In this document: piece after piece, positions 1 to 15,200 of the stretch
Numbering within the stretch: the stretch's first letter is position 1
How the letters are laid out: each line of letters begins with the position of its first letter
Notes under the pieces: generated by a model
The model's input: only the letters and a program-made list of their open reading frames with translations
Database searches by the model: none
What the model was told of the DNA's origin: nothing
DNA from: Bispira polyomma
Taxonomy: Eukaryota
NCBI GenBank assembly: GCA_965649765.1
Contig: OZ287749.1
Coordinates: forward strand, 7,564,001-7,628,000
Direction: 5' to 3'
Length of the DNA stretch: 64,000 nt
Made by a program: the position numbers and the translations under genes

Positions 1-41
1 GACTCCCTATGTATACTGTGTAATGTTTTTCCTGTTTCTAG

Positions 42-209
42 CACTGTATCAGTCGCTCCAAGGAGTGGCAGGCCAAGTTGGAGCGTGGCCTTCACCTCTG
101 GAGACAGTTACAGGTGTGTGCTCAGCCCGTGGAGGAGTGTGTGACTGAGGCAGAGAATGTTCTAGAACAAGAAGGAGATCAAGTGGATGAACTTATCGCC
201 AGCCACAAG
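42..209 (+). CDS. SYNE1: nesprin-like exon 1 (HCISRSKEWQ...IASHK)
   Basis: ttctag/AAG-gtgaga, 168 nt, phase 0-0. Confidence 0.85.
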
Positions 210-3200
210 GTGAGATGGGTAGATGACACAGTTTTATTTAGATCTTAGTATTGGAGTATAGTAAGACCAGGGGGAGCTATGTCAAATTTAAAGTTATTTT
301 ACCACGGTTTCTTGGGTGTAAAGCAAAGCCTGATATTTTTACTAATCCTCACAAACATGGCAATTTTACCACCATTTCTATTACATCACCACCAAGGCAA
401 GTTTAATACTCGTGACTCCCAACAGGCGGCATTTGACCTATTATCCCCTCTGTTTTGGCGGTATGTGACCTACTGTACCTTTCTTTACTTAGTATCTGAC
501 CTATTTTTCCTCCTATTTAGACAGTATTTGACCTGGTTTACCTTTCTTCGGGTAGTATTTGACCTATTTTCCGTCTTCATTTACGCAGTTTTTGACCTGG
601 TTTACCTTTCTTAAGGTGGTATTTGACCTGGTTTATCTTTCGTTAGACTGCATTTGACCTATTTCTTGTCTATGTAGGCGTTATTTGACCTACTTTTCTT
701 TTTTGCTAGGCGGTGTTTGACCACATGGATGTGCGACTACTGCGTGAGTTTGAGAAGGCCGCCCAGGACTTGTTACAGGTGCTTGACGCTGAAGACAAAG
801 TGGACTTAGAACAGAGTATGAACACCCTTTCAGAAAGGTGGCAGGTAAGAAAGGAAAGACTCTCTCGGATTCTGCAGAATTCTAACACTCAGGCTCAGAT
901 CAAAGGTGTCCAGATGGAGGGAAGTAACGACAAGTATGATTGCATAGTTGGATGCTGCGTAGAAAGCTCTTCTAACATCCATAGCTTATTTCTATCTTCA
1001 TGAGTTGCTCATAGCTCTCATTTGAAATGAGTTTAAATTGTGCCCTGAAATATATCTGTAGTAAAACTCACTGTCTCGGACAGGTTGCAGGTGAAAAAAG
1101 AATGGATCTCTAAAATCTGTAATAAAACTCACTGCAGGCTGCACTTATCCAAGAATTTAACACCAATTTTGAGAATCGTTGTTGAGATATTTGATATATT
1201 TTAGTGTACATCTTTCCAATGTATAAACTGTAGCACCTATGTTGTCTTCACCTCTGTAAACATTATATGATTAAGTATAGCACAGGTCAGCTTATACAAG
1301 GATATCTGTGCGTTTCAGGAGCTACAGCACCATGCACCTCTGCGCCTCCTACGCCTAGAGTTCCAGGTGCCAGAGGAAGTATTTCTGGGACACCTGGGCG
1401 TTGCCGAGGGAACGTTAGCTGAGGAAAAACAAGGACTAGAGGAGAAAGCGAGCATTAAAGACTTGCTGAGGAAACACAAGGTAGAAATGTTGTGAAAGGG
1501 AATTTGAATTTATTTGGGTTTTACGTCACTTTCAACAGCTTAGGTCATATTATGAAAGGGCCATATCTAATGGTGGAAGAAAACAGTGCAGAACCACTGT
1601 AAACCACCGGCCTACGACAAGTACATGACAAACTTTTCCGGACGAAGGAATAAATGGGATGCGAACCCACATTGGTGAGAGGCCAGTGATTGTGAAGCAG
1701 GCGGTTCTAAACATTATGCCACCGTGGCCCCCTGTTTTGACAGAGAATTACAAGGTGTATTCGTCTTACAGGGAAGGACTTTATGGACTGAATTAGGAAA
1801 CATAAGGTTCAACTGCGACTTTTTGCAATGTTGTTAGATTTTCTGGTTGGAGGATAAATAATAAGGACTTCTAATGTGAGAAGGTCAGCACAGGGTTGAC
1901 AGTTCTGCATATGGCATCAACAAAGGTGCCTTGACTAACACTAAGTAGAGGGTTGTATGGGATTTTCTGGTTGGTTGTATAGTCGAACTTTGAAAATTCT
2001 GATAACTTTGCACTGTCAGGAAAACACCAAATGGCCAAACATAAGGGAGCTTGACCCGATGACCATACATCAAAAAGGTTGTCACCAGAAATGAATACGG
2101 CCAGGAATGATGTAGGATCACTATGTCAGTGAACATGTGTGTAAAATCTTTGATGTTTAGTAATGACAGTATATTTTCCTTTTCTACTATGTGATACATG
2201 TCTTTATGGCCTATTTTAGACTAACGTGTCAGATTCCTTATTCATTCCCCCCATTCTAATCCCTGTGCTTCAGGCGGTGTTTGAGGAGAGTGAGCTGGTT
2301 CCTGCCTGTGAGGGGGCCCTCTCACAGATGCAAGGACACAGCGACCGTCTGTTACAGTTAGAGCGTGAGGACACGTCTCTACAGGAAGCAGTGGAGGAGT
2401 ACACGCGCCGCTGGCAAGAAGTCCTCTCCTTGATACGGGACTTGTCACAGCGACTGGAACAGGTGCCTGAAAGGTGGAGGCAGTACAACACAAAGTAAGT
2501 GGAAATCAGGGTGTGGCGGAGAGTAAGTGATAATAGGGTGGAATACGAACTGAGTGAAAATAGGGGTAAAATAGGGAGTGGGTGATAATAGGGATATAAT
2601 ACAGAGTTAATAGATTGGTTTTCGTGTGTTATTTTTGTGTCTAATAGACTGGTTTTGACATGTTGTTTCTGTGTCTAATAGACTTGTTACCCTGTGTTGT
2701 AGGCTGGAGGAGTTTGTGGAATGGATGAATGGCGTGGAGGACACAGTGTCAGAATTAGAGAAGGAGAGTCTGTCAGTACAGGAGTATAAAGATACACTGG
2801 CCAAATTCCAGGTACATTTTAACTATACTAGACATGCATTCTGTGTACACTGGCCATTCTGTAATCATTATCAACAACTACAGGAACAGCCATCAGAGTG
2901 CCTACCTCCGCCAAGATGTCACAGTGACAGAAAGTAAACAAAAAAAAATTTTGATAAAATTCCTACATTTTCACTTCTAACTGGATCTGCTCCATTGGCA
3001 TCCCTGGTGATAAACAATTCGCCAAATGAATCAAGGGACATGGACGAAAATGTCACATCCTTAGCAGAGCCTTGATAGTTATATTTAAGTTCTGTGTCTG
3101 TTGACATTAAAGTTCTGCTACATCAAGATATTGAACACACGGTAGTTCTGTTGTAAACAGTCATATTTTTAGGCTTATACTAACGAAATATCAATAGTAG

Positions 3201-6200
3201 AGGCGTTCATGAATATTGAAAAAGAAAAATACAAACAAGTGTTTTGTGTGCATTTTAAACGTTCGATGGTGTGAAATTAATGTCACGAAGCCCGAACACA
3301 AGGTTAAGTATTTTATTCCTATTCTAAAATGGTGAAAGTTTAATTTTATCAAATAACAATTCTCATCTGAAAAATAATGACACTGTTCCATGTTATGGCT
3401 GTTCCATCATATGAACATACAGGACAACAGAGTTTACAAAACAAAAACCATTGAAAATACCCCCCCAAACAAAAACCATTGAAAATACCCCCCCAAAAAA
3501 ATGCCAACTATTTACTAGTAATCAAAAATTACTGAAAGATTAATTGATTGCGATTACAGTGCTTTTTGTTGCATCAAATTCTGTCCAGGAAATGGCTGAG
3601 ATATTTAAGTTTCCTTAAAAGTACCCATCATTTTATGAATATGGATGGAACAGCCCTGCTTTATTTACAGTGTTTTATACAGAATTTATACATTGCACGA
3701 AAGACGTGTTCATGGGCGTTGTTCAGCCTATGATTTTAGAATATGTGTTTGAGAATAAACGCTCAATAGTACATGTACATACACATACAAAGGTGAAGTA
3801 ATTTCTTCCATTAACCTTGATTGTAGCAAATGATAACTCCCAGGTTTGAGGTAAGTCTGCTGCTGTCACTGTTTTGACATCTATCTGTTAGTGACGTGTA
3901 CTAACACCCCAGTTTTGCTGTGAATACAAAGATGTAATCTGAATTAATATATTTATTATACACACTGAAAGGAACTGATTTCAATAGAAGCTGGTTTGTT
4001 TCCGCAATCTATTTCTAGTTGCACCATCTACATTGGTTTTTAAAATTTTAAAAGTTTTGTTATTAAAACACATGCTGAATTTGAGTGTTTGATAACTGCA
4101 CGTTTTGCTGATTAATAGATTTACACAAAGTATATGGCTGAGAGAGTTTGATGAGGCACAGATTTTTGTGAAGTATGCGAGTTAGATGTGACCGGCGTTT
4201 GGCTGGAGCAATTCAAATAGAGTCAAAAACTAGAAGTTCCAAGATGAAATGTGAAAGTGTATTTTCAATCCCTAAAATTCTCATATGAAATTTTTGCTGT
4301 AAAAGACCGACTAATTGGCTATTATCTTGTAAACAAAAAGAAAAAAAGAAAATGGTATGTTGTGATTCTAAAATTTAATCTTCTATATTGTTGTACAGCA
4401 GTACTGCTTTGAAAAACACGATGCATTTCACTTAGGTTAAAATTTGTCAGTCATGATCTAGTTATATAGTATATGTAGTTTGATCATAGGAGCAATTATA
4501 TTTATTCCAAATTTTTTTAGGAATAAAATCTCCCACTGCCTTGCAGTCTTTTACTGATACTCTTTTATATTCCACACAGAACGTGGTACAGAACATAGAA
4601 TCTCAGCGTGGCGACGCCAAGTGGTTGAAGACAACACTAAAGGAGCTACTAGAGACTGCGTCCGCCCAGGAGGCCCAGTTAGAACAACAGCGACTGGACA
4701 CCATACTGGCCCGATACAAAACACTAATGCCGGCCATTGAGATCACCACTACACGCTCATCTATGGTGGTCAGGTCATATGACTTTAAGGAAGACATGGA
4801 GAGAAAGACCGACTGGCTCAAGGTCACAGAGGACAAACTAGCTGTAAGTGTTAGAGGGGGTTCAAGTTCACTGGGGACAATATGGCTGTAAGTGTTAGAT
4901 GGGGTTCAAGGTCACTGGGGACAATCTGGGTGTAAGTATTAGATGGGATTCAAGGTCACTGAGTACAGTATGGCTGTAAGTGTTAGAGAGGGTTCAATGT
5001 CACTGGGAATAAACTGGCTGTAAGTCTAGGGGGTTCAAGGTCACTAGGGATAATCTGGCTGTAAGTGTCAGAGGGGGTTCAAGGTCACTGAGTATAAACT
5101 GGCTGTAAGTGTTTGACAGGGCTCAAGGTCACAGAATTCAAACTGGCTGTAAGTGTTTGACAGGGCTCAAGGTCACAGAATTCAAACTGGCTGTAAGTTT
5201 TTAAAAATATATGGGATCACGTTCTATGATATGTGTCATAGTTACTTCACTAGCATCCTCACTTCGGCATTGTTTTTCATGCAAAACAATGTGGGAATAA
5301 GTAGTATAGTTCTAAATATGCACTTTTCATAATGTAGTCTATTGCCCATAGAAATAAGTTAAATATGTGAGAATAGTAAAAAGCAAGTACTTTATATGTA
5401 AGAAATCATGGTAGAACATCAATCCTCTTCAGCTGTGAATTGTGCGGATGTGTTTACATTGAGACAAAGGCTGTAGGCAATATTTACAAAAGTATTTGGT
5501 CTACGCGAATGCTAATATAGTTGTAAATTTTGAAGGATTTTATATACACATCTTTTGGTTAATTGATTCTATTGGTGCACTTAAGATGATCGTGTCAATT
5601 ATTCGCATTAAAAATGCACAATATAATACACATATTTTGCATACATAAATATTGTTCATAAATAAATAATATGTAAATAATGTTTCAGGATGACCTTGCT
5701 ATGGATGACCTTGCCTCAGTCCGGGTGTTGCTAGAAGAACAAGCCCAAATCTTAGCCAAACTGGAGCAGGAGAAGCCTAACCTCCAGACTGACATTGCTC
5801 AAGGTCGCCGGATGCTTCGGGATGAGAATGCTCCGGATTTCTTGCAGGAAACTGTCGGGGATCTGGAGGAGCGCCTGGTTGAGGCAGAGAAGATGGCTCG
5901 GCTCAAAATGGCGCGATTACAGGAAGGGGCGCAAAACTGGGAGAGTTACGAGACTGGTAAATCTCAGTTACAGGACTTCCTGCGAAGAGCCGAGATAGAG
6001 GCTGGACGTAAAGCGCCCCCTGGTGGCCAAGAGACCATACAGAAGGAACTGACCGCCAAACAGGAAATGATGGTCGCGATACAAGACTTACAGCCCGAAG
6101 TGGACAAACTGAATGTGCTCGGTAAGACATTACAAGAGACCGCCAGCGAGGCAGCCCAGGATAGTCTGAAACAGGAAGTCGTCACTATACAGGAACGGAT

Positions 6201-9200
6201 GGAGGCATTAACACTCCGACTAACTGAAAGAGTGACGGATCTACAGCAAGGTGACTCCAAGTGGACAGAGTTCTACACACAGCTCAACATGTTCTCTGAT
6301 TGGCTGGCGGAAAAACAACAGGAACTAAAGGAGATTCACGAGAGTGAAGCCACGCCAGACCAGCAGTTTGACCAGGCCAAGGTATGTACATATTTCTACA
6401 AATCTGGACACACTTAGGGATGACCCAGGTAAAAACAACTACAGGTCCCTTGCATGGTTGTACTAAAGGGTTACTAGGTTATATGTATCACCAACCCACG
6501 GGCCATAGGATAGGCATATGTTTTGCTCACTTAAGGGCTACAGGATAGTCATATGTATCGTCACTCAAGGGCCATTGGATAGTCATAGGTTTGACCAGAT
6601 TGAAGATGATAAGTAGTAGAGATTAAACATACAAACGATATAACTGACACTGTGAATTGTAATTTCTAAAGTGGGCGTCTGTTACTCCAGTTCAACTAAT
6701 AACCTGTACCATTGTTAATACTTTCAGTTCTCTTAATTAGACATCTGACCTACTGTTTCATGTTGTCTTTCTACAGGTGGTCTGTTCTGAGATCTTTGAC
6801 AACCATGTTGGTTTGGAGCGTCTCGAGGAAGCTGGTGGTGACTTGGCCGCGGGCTACAGGTCTCGGGAGACTGCGGCGGTCAGATCTAAACTAGCCACAC
6901 TGAGAAGGTCATGGGAGAGTCTGTGTTCTCAAGCTAAAGACAGGTACGGGAGATCTATATGGAATAGAACCCTCTGTATAGTAAATGTACAATAAAATCT
7001 GTGTACACTAGATAGATGCCAGAACCTTGGTTATATCATCAAGGTCTTTCGTTACTAGAGTATACACATAAAGTTGTATCTGGGCGAGGTCGAAGTTGAA
7101 ATTTAGTTTTAATCTCAAGGTTGTTGACTAGCAACCGATGCTATTTGTTACTCCTAGAATCTATTTCTGTTGTCAACACCCCAAAAATGGTGTTTTCTTT
7201 TTGCTCCAGAAGTCAACAAAAAAGGGGTTAACAAACATCAACAGTTAGAAACCTAATCGATTTGACATCATCTCTGCAGTAGTTTCACAAGTTTGATTAT
7301 AGTCAGCCCTACTAATACTTTGATGTTCCAGATATCACAGACTATTGATCCCTTGTTATTCCAATCTATTGATGCTTTCTAGTCTCTTTATGTTCCATTT
7401 CTCCCAGCTCTAGTAACCATTCCAGTGTGACATTATTTTCCCAGGCACTTTGCTGTGTTTTCATCATGTTTTATCCTCTATTTATCCAGGTTCAGCAGTC
7501 AATGATACTTTTGTTTTGCTTTTCTTACTTACACAGGTCTAGCAGTCTGTCTAGTGATGTTACACACTGGCACCAGTACCAGAACATGGTCCAGCACCTG
7601 TTACCATGGTTAGACTCAGCAGAGCGCCACCTAGACGATGTACCAGAGAAAGCCAGTAGTCAGAACGAGGCTCAGCAGATGTACGAACAGCACCAGGTGT
7701 GTGTGTTTGTGTGTACAGTAAAACCTTCCTTAGTGAACACCTCAGAATAGTGAACACATCAGAATAGTGAACACATCAGAATAGTGAACACCTCAGAATA
7801 GTGAACACCTTAGAATAGTGTACACCTTTGCTAGTGAGACAAAGAATAGTGAACACCTCTGATAGTGAACACCTCAGAATAGTGAACACCTCAGAATAGT
7901 AATCACCTCAGACTAGTGAACACCTTAGAATAGTAAACACCTCAGAATAGTAAACACCTCAGAATAGTGAACACCTTAGAATAGTGTACACCTTTGCTAG
8001 TGAGACAAAGAATAGTGAACACCTCTGATAGTGAACACCTCAGAATAGTGAACACCTCAGAATAGTAATCACCTCAGACTAGTGAACACCTTAGAATAGT
8101 GAACACCTCAGAATAGTAAACACCTCAGAATAGTGAACACCTTAGAATAGTGTACACCTTTGCTAGTGAGACAAAGAATAGTGAACACCTCTGATAGTGA
8201 ACACCTCAGAATAGTGAACACCTCAGAATAGTAATCACCTCAGACTAGTGAACACCTTAGAATAGTAAACACCTCAGAATAGTAAACACCTCAGAATAGT
8301 GAACACCTCAGAATAGTGAACACCTCAGACTAGTAAAACACATTTGAAAAGTGAACACCTCAGAATAGTGAACACCTTAGACTAGTGAACACCTCAGAAT
8401 AGTGAACACCTTAGACTAGTGAACACCTCATAATAGTGAACACCTCAGACTAGTGAACACCTCTCCACAATGAACTATTTATCACTGCCCTGTCAAACCA
8501 CCAATTGTACAGTACCTCTGAATAATGAACGCAATACCTCTGAATAGTGCATGCAGTACCTCTGGATACTGCACGCAGTACCTCTGAATAGTGAACCTAA
8601 AGTCAACTTATAAAGAGTTGAAATCTCTTGCCCTGGGGCCGTTGGGCCTATGTTACTATCGTTCACTGGTTATATGAGTTCTTAAACAAGAGGTGTGGTA
8701 CATAAAACATAAATACAGCAATATTAACACAGTAAAATTTTGTGGAGATTCATATTCTGTTTACTAGGGAAGCTGCAAACCAAAATAAACCGAAGTTTGC
8801 AACACTTACGTCTGCTGCACTGGTGTTTTTCTTTAGTCAATGAATAACTTATCCCATCTTGTTTTTGTTTGACAGGTGTTTCTTGGTGAGCGAGATGAAC
8901 ACAGTGATCTATACGATCGTCTTCTGGCAGAGGCAGGTCACTTGACTGACAAGCCGCAGGTGTCTGAGGACCTTGCCCAAATACAGACCCGCTGGGCGAC
9001 CATGTACACAGGCTCTGAGGAGCGCGGTGCTAGTGTGGGGAAGGCTGTGGAGGGCTGGGCCCAGTATAGGGCTGCTGTGGTACAGGTGGAGGATCTACTG
9101 GGAAAGTTTACTGAGAAACTGGTGGCGCCACCTGTGGTCAATACTGTGGAACTAGAGAGCTTACAGTCGGAGCTCTCGCTCTGTATGGTCAGTTGGCCTA

Positions 9201-12200
9201 TTCTTAGAGTTTTGTCTCAGCCAGTTAGATTGGCTAAAAAATATTTATAGAATCTTATCCTTGGTGTGCTGTATATCCAGGACGTAAGTAAGCATATAGT
9301 AACTGACTAAAATTAATAGTACCTTACAAATATATATGCATTTTAATACGTAATTCGATATATCCTGTGCTTGATTAATTATACTGACAATATTTATTTT
9401 TCTCTCAACAAAAATCACAGTTTTAAATAATCAAAACAAATGGGAAACACCGATCCACAAACCCGAAGGCCCCTCGATATCAAGTACACAAACTATATAT
9501 GAACTGTAGAATATTTGTGAATACTCTCCTAGCAGATCAAGCCTATTTTAGCTTACGTAACCCAACTTTCCAGTTAAAGTCCTCTTCACTCCGTAAACTG
9601 TTTTCCATTTTTTCACAGGCTGTTGCTGAGGAGTGCCACATCAACAAGAGTGCCATGGCAACACTAAACCAGGCCAAAGTACAGCTGGAGCCCCAACTCA
9701 ACCCAATGGGGGTCAACCAGGTCAACACAGAATGCTCTGCCCTCTCAAGGTCGTACAGTGACCTTGAAGGTCAGACCGACGCCAGGGTTCAGACGGTGAG
9801 GGAAGCCTTAGAGGAGAAGAGAGAGTTCTGGAACCGCTGGGAGGCGTTTGAGAAATGGCTGGGGAGAACACAGAAGAAACTCAGTGCAACCAATGAGATT
9901 TACTCCGATGACATGAAAGGAGCAGCCAAGAAACTTGAGGTGGGTGGTCTGTTGGACTGTGTTAGATGATTGGCTCTTAATAAAGCGTTAACTGATTATA
10001 TTATGTGTACAGGTAAAAAATGTTTCTTTTAGCTCACTTGACAAAAAATCTTTCATGTGGAAAATTATTAGTGAAGCATAAGTATGACATGTAATATAAC
10101 TACAGTATGACCTCTATTTTACGGCCATCTTGGGAAAGTGAGAATTTGCTTGAATAAAAGAAGGTCCGTTAAAATAGAAGTGGCATTTTAGTTTAAAACA
10201 ATAGCAAAAGATTTTTCAAAGAATTTTATTCTTAGAGTTTTGTCTTAGCCAGTTAAATTGGCTAAACATATTTTTTTAAATAATCTTATCGGCTAGGAGA
10301 AACAAAATCATTGCATTTTATCATAAAACAATAGCAAAAATATGTTTGGGAGAGTGACATTGAGTTTGTAAAATGGAATATTTGGATAATAGAGGGTCGG
10401 ATAATAGAGGGTAGGATAATAGAGCGTCGCATAATAGAGGGTTGGATAATAGAGGGTCGTATAATGAAGGGTCGGGTAATAGAGGGTCTATTGTATTTTT
10501 AAAAAGAGGTTGGATACATGAGGCATAAACCCTGTAATTAGAACACAAATTATGAATTAAGTTATAAGACTTGTTACATGGCATTTGGTGAACTTAACTA
10601 TGAACTGAATCCTTTTTGTCAGGTAATTTTTTAAAGCTTTGTGCATTTTTTTAAATCACAATGTGTTAATGTAAATCTTAATTGAGACATAAATTTGTCA
10701 ATATATATATACTGCATTATTGTTTCCAAATTCGAACCCATGGTGCTCATTTTCATGTTTAAAATACAAAAAGAACTTAGTATTTTTTTTTCCCAAAGAT
10801 TATTCTAGTTATATCTTTTACAATGGGCGCTGTGGATGCGCAGTAAGGGATATCACCTCCTAATACAGCAGGGCAGTTTCATATTTAATTTGGTCGCTTT
10901 TATAAATCTAGTCCTCACATTTCTCTCTTTACATTACATTTCCACAGGCCATTGAGGCGGAGTGTAAGACCCACGAGCCGGAGTTTGGCCAGCTCAGTAA
11001 GGATGTGCAGAGTTACCTGAGCTCTATACCCGAGTCTGAGCGAGACCCCCTCAATGAGCAGTACGTGGCACTGAGAGACGCCTTTGAGCAGCTACAGACA
11101 CTACTGGACTGTCGCGTTGAGCTGTGCGGAGAGTGGGGTCAATTCAGTGTAGTCCACAAAGACACAACGGCCAGAGCCAAGGCCCTACAGCAGAGGATGG
11201 AGTCACGTGACCTCACACAGGACGACCTCAACCAGATCAACGACGAACTGGCTGATGTTCAGGTAAGGGCGGAAGTCACCAGACATTTATAGGAATTCTC
11301 AACACTTCATTTATAGACCGTTCACACTGTCCGCGTTCTCGGAGCAGTTCTTCACTCATTCTAAGAACGTATGAGAACTTGAACAAACGTTTGAGAATGG
11401 GCCAAAAACGGGGGTGAAACTGGGGCGAACGAACAGGAGCTACAGCCGGACATTTTTAACATGTTCAAAGCTTCCGTGGGTGGATAGCTCTGAAAGCACA
11501 TCTTGAGAGAACTTGAGAAAACGGCAAAACTGCTCAGAACTTGTGTAAAACTGCTAAAATTTGTGTGATCTGGCCAGAACTGGAGAGAACTTTAGAAAAC
11601 GTAACATGACCTTGGCATAAACGGGGGTAAATGGGGGTAAAACTGGTCAAAAACGGGGGATGCAAATATATGCAAGTGCAAATGAGAATTTTCCCGCCTT
11701 TCCTATGAAATTCCTCAGGTCTTGAGTAAATAGCAATGCCGTGGCGTGAACTTGGACAATGTGTATGCACCATAAGTTGGTGTTACAGTGAAACTTGCAT
11801 GTAAATACAAACACCCAAAGGAACCCTCAAACAGGATCTTTATTGACAGGTGCTCTTCATATAGAGGTTGATTATTGCTATGAATACCAATTTTCAGGGA
11901 AGACTAATATTTCAATGAAGACCGCTAATTCAATGAAGACCACTTTTCAAGGTTCTCTTGTAATCTTGTAATCACTGTATATTATTCCTGATCAATAATT
12001 TTTTATGCAACTATCAAAAACAAAAGATGAATTGGAAATTCCCGCAATCTCACTGTTTGAAAACTGTAATTGCAACACCTAAATTTGTCCCTTTTCTCGA
12101 TTGTATCGATTTTGTAAATGTAAGTTTGTGATATATGTGTTTGTACTGTGTATGTAATGTAATGTGCGCTGTTTTTGTGAAAATTAAAAAAAACCCACAA

Positions 12201-15200
12201 ACCAAACTGATGCCTGCAAAATACTTTCAATATTGATATATAACACTCGGTGTGTACTCTATACTCTATCCAGGTGGCGCTAATAGACTGGGACACTCGT
12301 AAGGAGCAGCTTGAGAGTCTGATGAATGCTGGCCAGGTGTGCGTAAAGGACCGCTCCTCTCAACGGACCTTACACTTTAACACGGAAGTGGGGAACGTGG
12401 TGGCGTCTGTAGGCAGGATGTCCTCCTTGTTAGAGAAGAGACAGGGGCGCTTGGAGGAGGTGTCCGTCATGTGGCAGAAGTACGAGGACCAGAGACAGAT
12501 GTTACTGACCGCACTGGGTGGGATAAAGGACCAAGTACAGCAGAGTAAGGTCACCGATCCAACGCTAGAAGGGACCAAGACCTACCAAGGTCAGATTAAG
12601 GAGCTCGAAGGTCAACTTCAAGGTCAGGCGTCAAAGTTTGAGGAGTTCAGAGACTTGGGACGACAGCTGGGGACATTGGACCCTAGTAGAGCATCTAGGG
12701 TGCAGAAAGGTTAGTGTATACTAGGGATGTGGTATTGGCTAAAATAAACAAAAATTAAACTACACTGTGCAGGGTGTGGCCATATTGAAAGTAGTTCTTC
12801 CTACTCCCGTAGCATTAGGCTTTAGTATTGTCTTTAGGATGCGTCAGTTTGTATTCATGCACCTAAATCCAAGATGGCCGTCCCCTGTCCAGTAAATTTA
12901 GGACTTTCTATCAAAGGTGTTTAATTTATAAAAAATCTAATTGGACACCCGTTTTAAAGAGGAAGTACAGATAATGACAACAGTTTCGATGGATAAATCT
13001 TTTACACATCTTTTATAAACCCAAATTTCAGAAGTAGGCTTTTCTTTAATTACTCATGCAGTTCTCAGCAAAAACTCAGTTCCGATCTTTTAAAATCATT
13101 ATATTACAGCAGAACCTCTATTATCCGATCATGTTGGGAGAGCAAAGTTTTGTTTGGATCATGGAAGGATCTTAAAATAGATTGAGACATTTAAGTTAAA
13201 AACAATAGGAAAACAGACATTTGTGACGGAGAAAATGAGTTCATAAAATCGAATATTCAGATAACACATGTTTGGATAATAGTGATTTTACTGTATTTTT
13301 TACAATCTGTACTTTTCAATTCACTGTAGGTCAATCCGAGGTAGAGGCTTCCTGGGACCAGTGTCAGCAGTTACTTCAGTCCCGTCAAGCCGGCACCTCC
13401 AGTGTGGTGGGACTGTGGGTACAGTATCAGGACACATGTAGTACAGTGGAGAAAATACTGCATAAAGTGCAGCCAGTGGCTCATACAGAACTCTGCTTTA
13501 CTGAACACGCTCAGGCTAAGGACGCATTGGATCAGTTCAAGGTCAGTGGTAAAACGGTCAGTCAATCAGTTTGTGTGGTTACTTTGTGACCAAGTGACAT
13601 GTATACTACACCAAATACTACATGAAGTACAGCCACTGGCTATTACTAAAATCCTTTTACTAAGCATGCTCAAGCTGAGGATGCATCTGATCAGTTCAAA
13701 GGTGAGTGGTCAATCGACCAGTTTGTGGTCGGTTTGAGAAAGGCAGGTGTGGTACCACTGTATTAAATATCAGTTGTATTAAATAGTTTTTAATTAAGAT
13801 ATTGTAACGTAATGGTAAAATGACCAATAGTTCTAACCCTTTATACAGTTAAAGTTGTACAGAAAATGTTATACTAAACTACCAGTAGGTACCGTAGAGG
13901 TTAACCGACCCTTACAAATGGCTCCTACGGATTCCTGAAGGTGGACTACCTAAAATATTGATTAGAGATAATTATCAACTGATAAAGTCATGCAACTCGT
14001 TAACATTATTTTCAGAATGCGGAGTTAGATCTGAATGGTCAGCAGCGTCAGTTTGACTATCTCAGTAACAGGGGGAAACAGTTGCTACAGGAGACCAAGT
14101 CACTGCCTGGTTTTGACCGCCAACCCTTGACGGAGGAGATGGTTTCCATGACCACCAAATGGAAAAGCTGCCACAAGGCGCTTGGGGAGGGCAAGGAAGA
14201 GTTGGAAGAACAGCTGGTGTTGTGGGACCAGATCCAGTCGGGGAAAGAGGAGGTGGCGTCATGGTTACACGACACACTGGAACGGCTGGAGACATGTACC
14301 AGTAACTTTGGGGATACGGCTCATGTGCAGTCCACACTGACCAAGTATAAGGTACAATACAATCAAAAGTTTTTAAGTTGTCAAAATCTATTAAAGATAT
14401 TCATTGACACCATTTACATCCTGAGTAACTAGAGTAGATTTTTATAAGCTTCATCAAAGAGAAGAAATGCTTTAATTGCACATTTAAAACTTGTGTAAAA
14501 CTTGTGTAATCGTCCTGATGTTGATTGGCAAGCTATTCCAAAGCTAAGGAGCACTTTATAAAAAGGTTCTGTCGCCTGTGGTATTAAGGATAGATTTTGG
14601 CACTGTCAATAGCAGATAATCCCTTGATCTCAATGTTCTTGCTGGATGATATAATGTCGACATGTCTTTGATGTACTCAGGAGCCATACCATTTAAGGTT
14701 AAAATGTAAGTAACACGATTTTGAAATCAATTCTTTCATGTGACGCTTTTGCATATAAATAAAGCAATATTTTTAACTGTTAAAAATAAACAAGTGCATT
14801 GTTGTACTGTGTATTGTTGGATTAGTTCAGATATATTCAAAATATTGTGTAATTTGTGCAAAACTAGTACATGTGTCTACATGACCTAAAATGAGCAGAA
14901 ATTAATTAAAAAGGTACAGAGAATGAGGTGAAAGTTACTTGAATCAGATGACAGTTTAGGTCCAGAGAATACTGTGACTTGAATCAGATGACAGTTTAGT
15001 GAATGACAGTAGAATGACCTTTTACCCCAAAAGTAAAATAACCCTTTTTTGACACCACAGCCTATGTAGGCTATTGTTTTAACCCAGATGAGCTGTGGCT
15101 GGCAAAGGTTGTCATACTTGCTACAAAGATTACTCAGAGGGTGGTAGTGATTCATGATACAAATATTCCTTAGAGGGGTGTAGGTAGTGTATGAGTGTAT

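Noticed and set aside
7731-8470. CRISPR-like regular repeats (also 4815-5198 and 56168-56586)
   Set aside because: No unique spacers, no cas genes, eukaryotic intron context.
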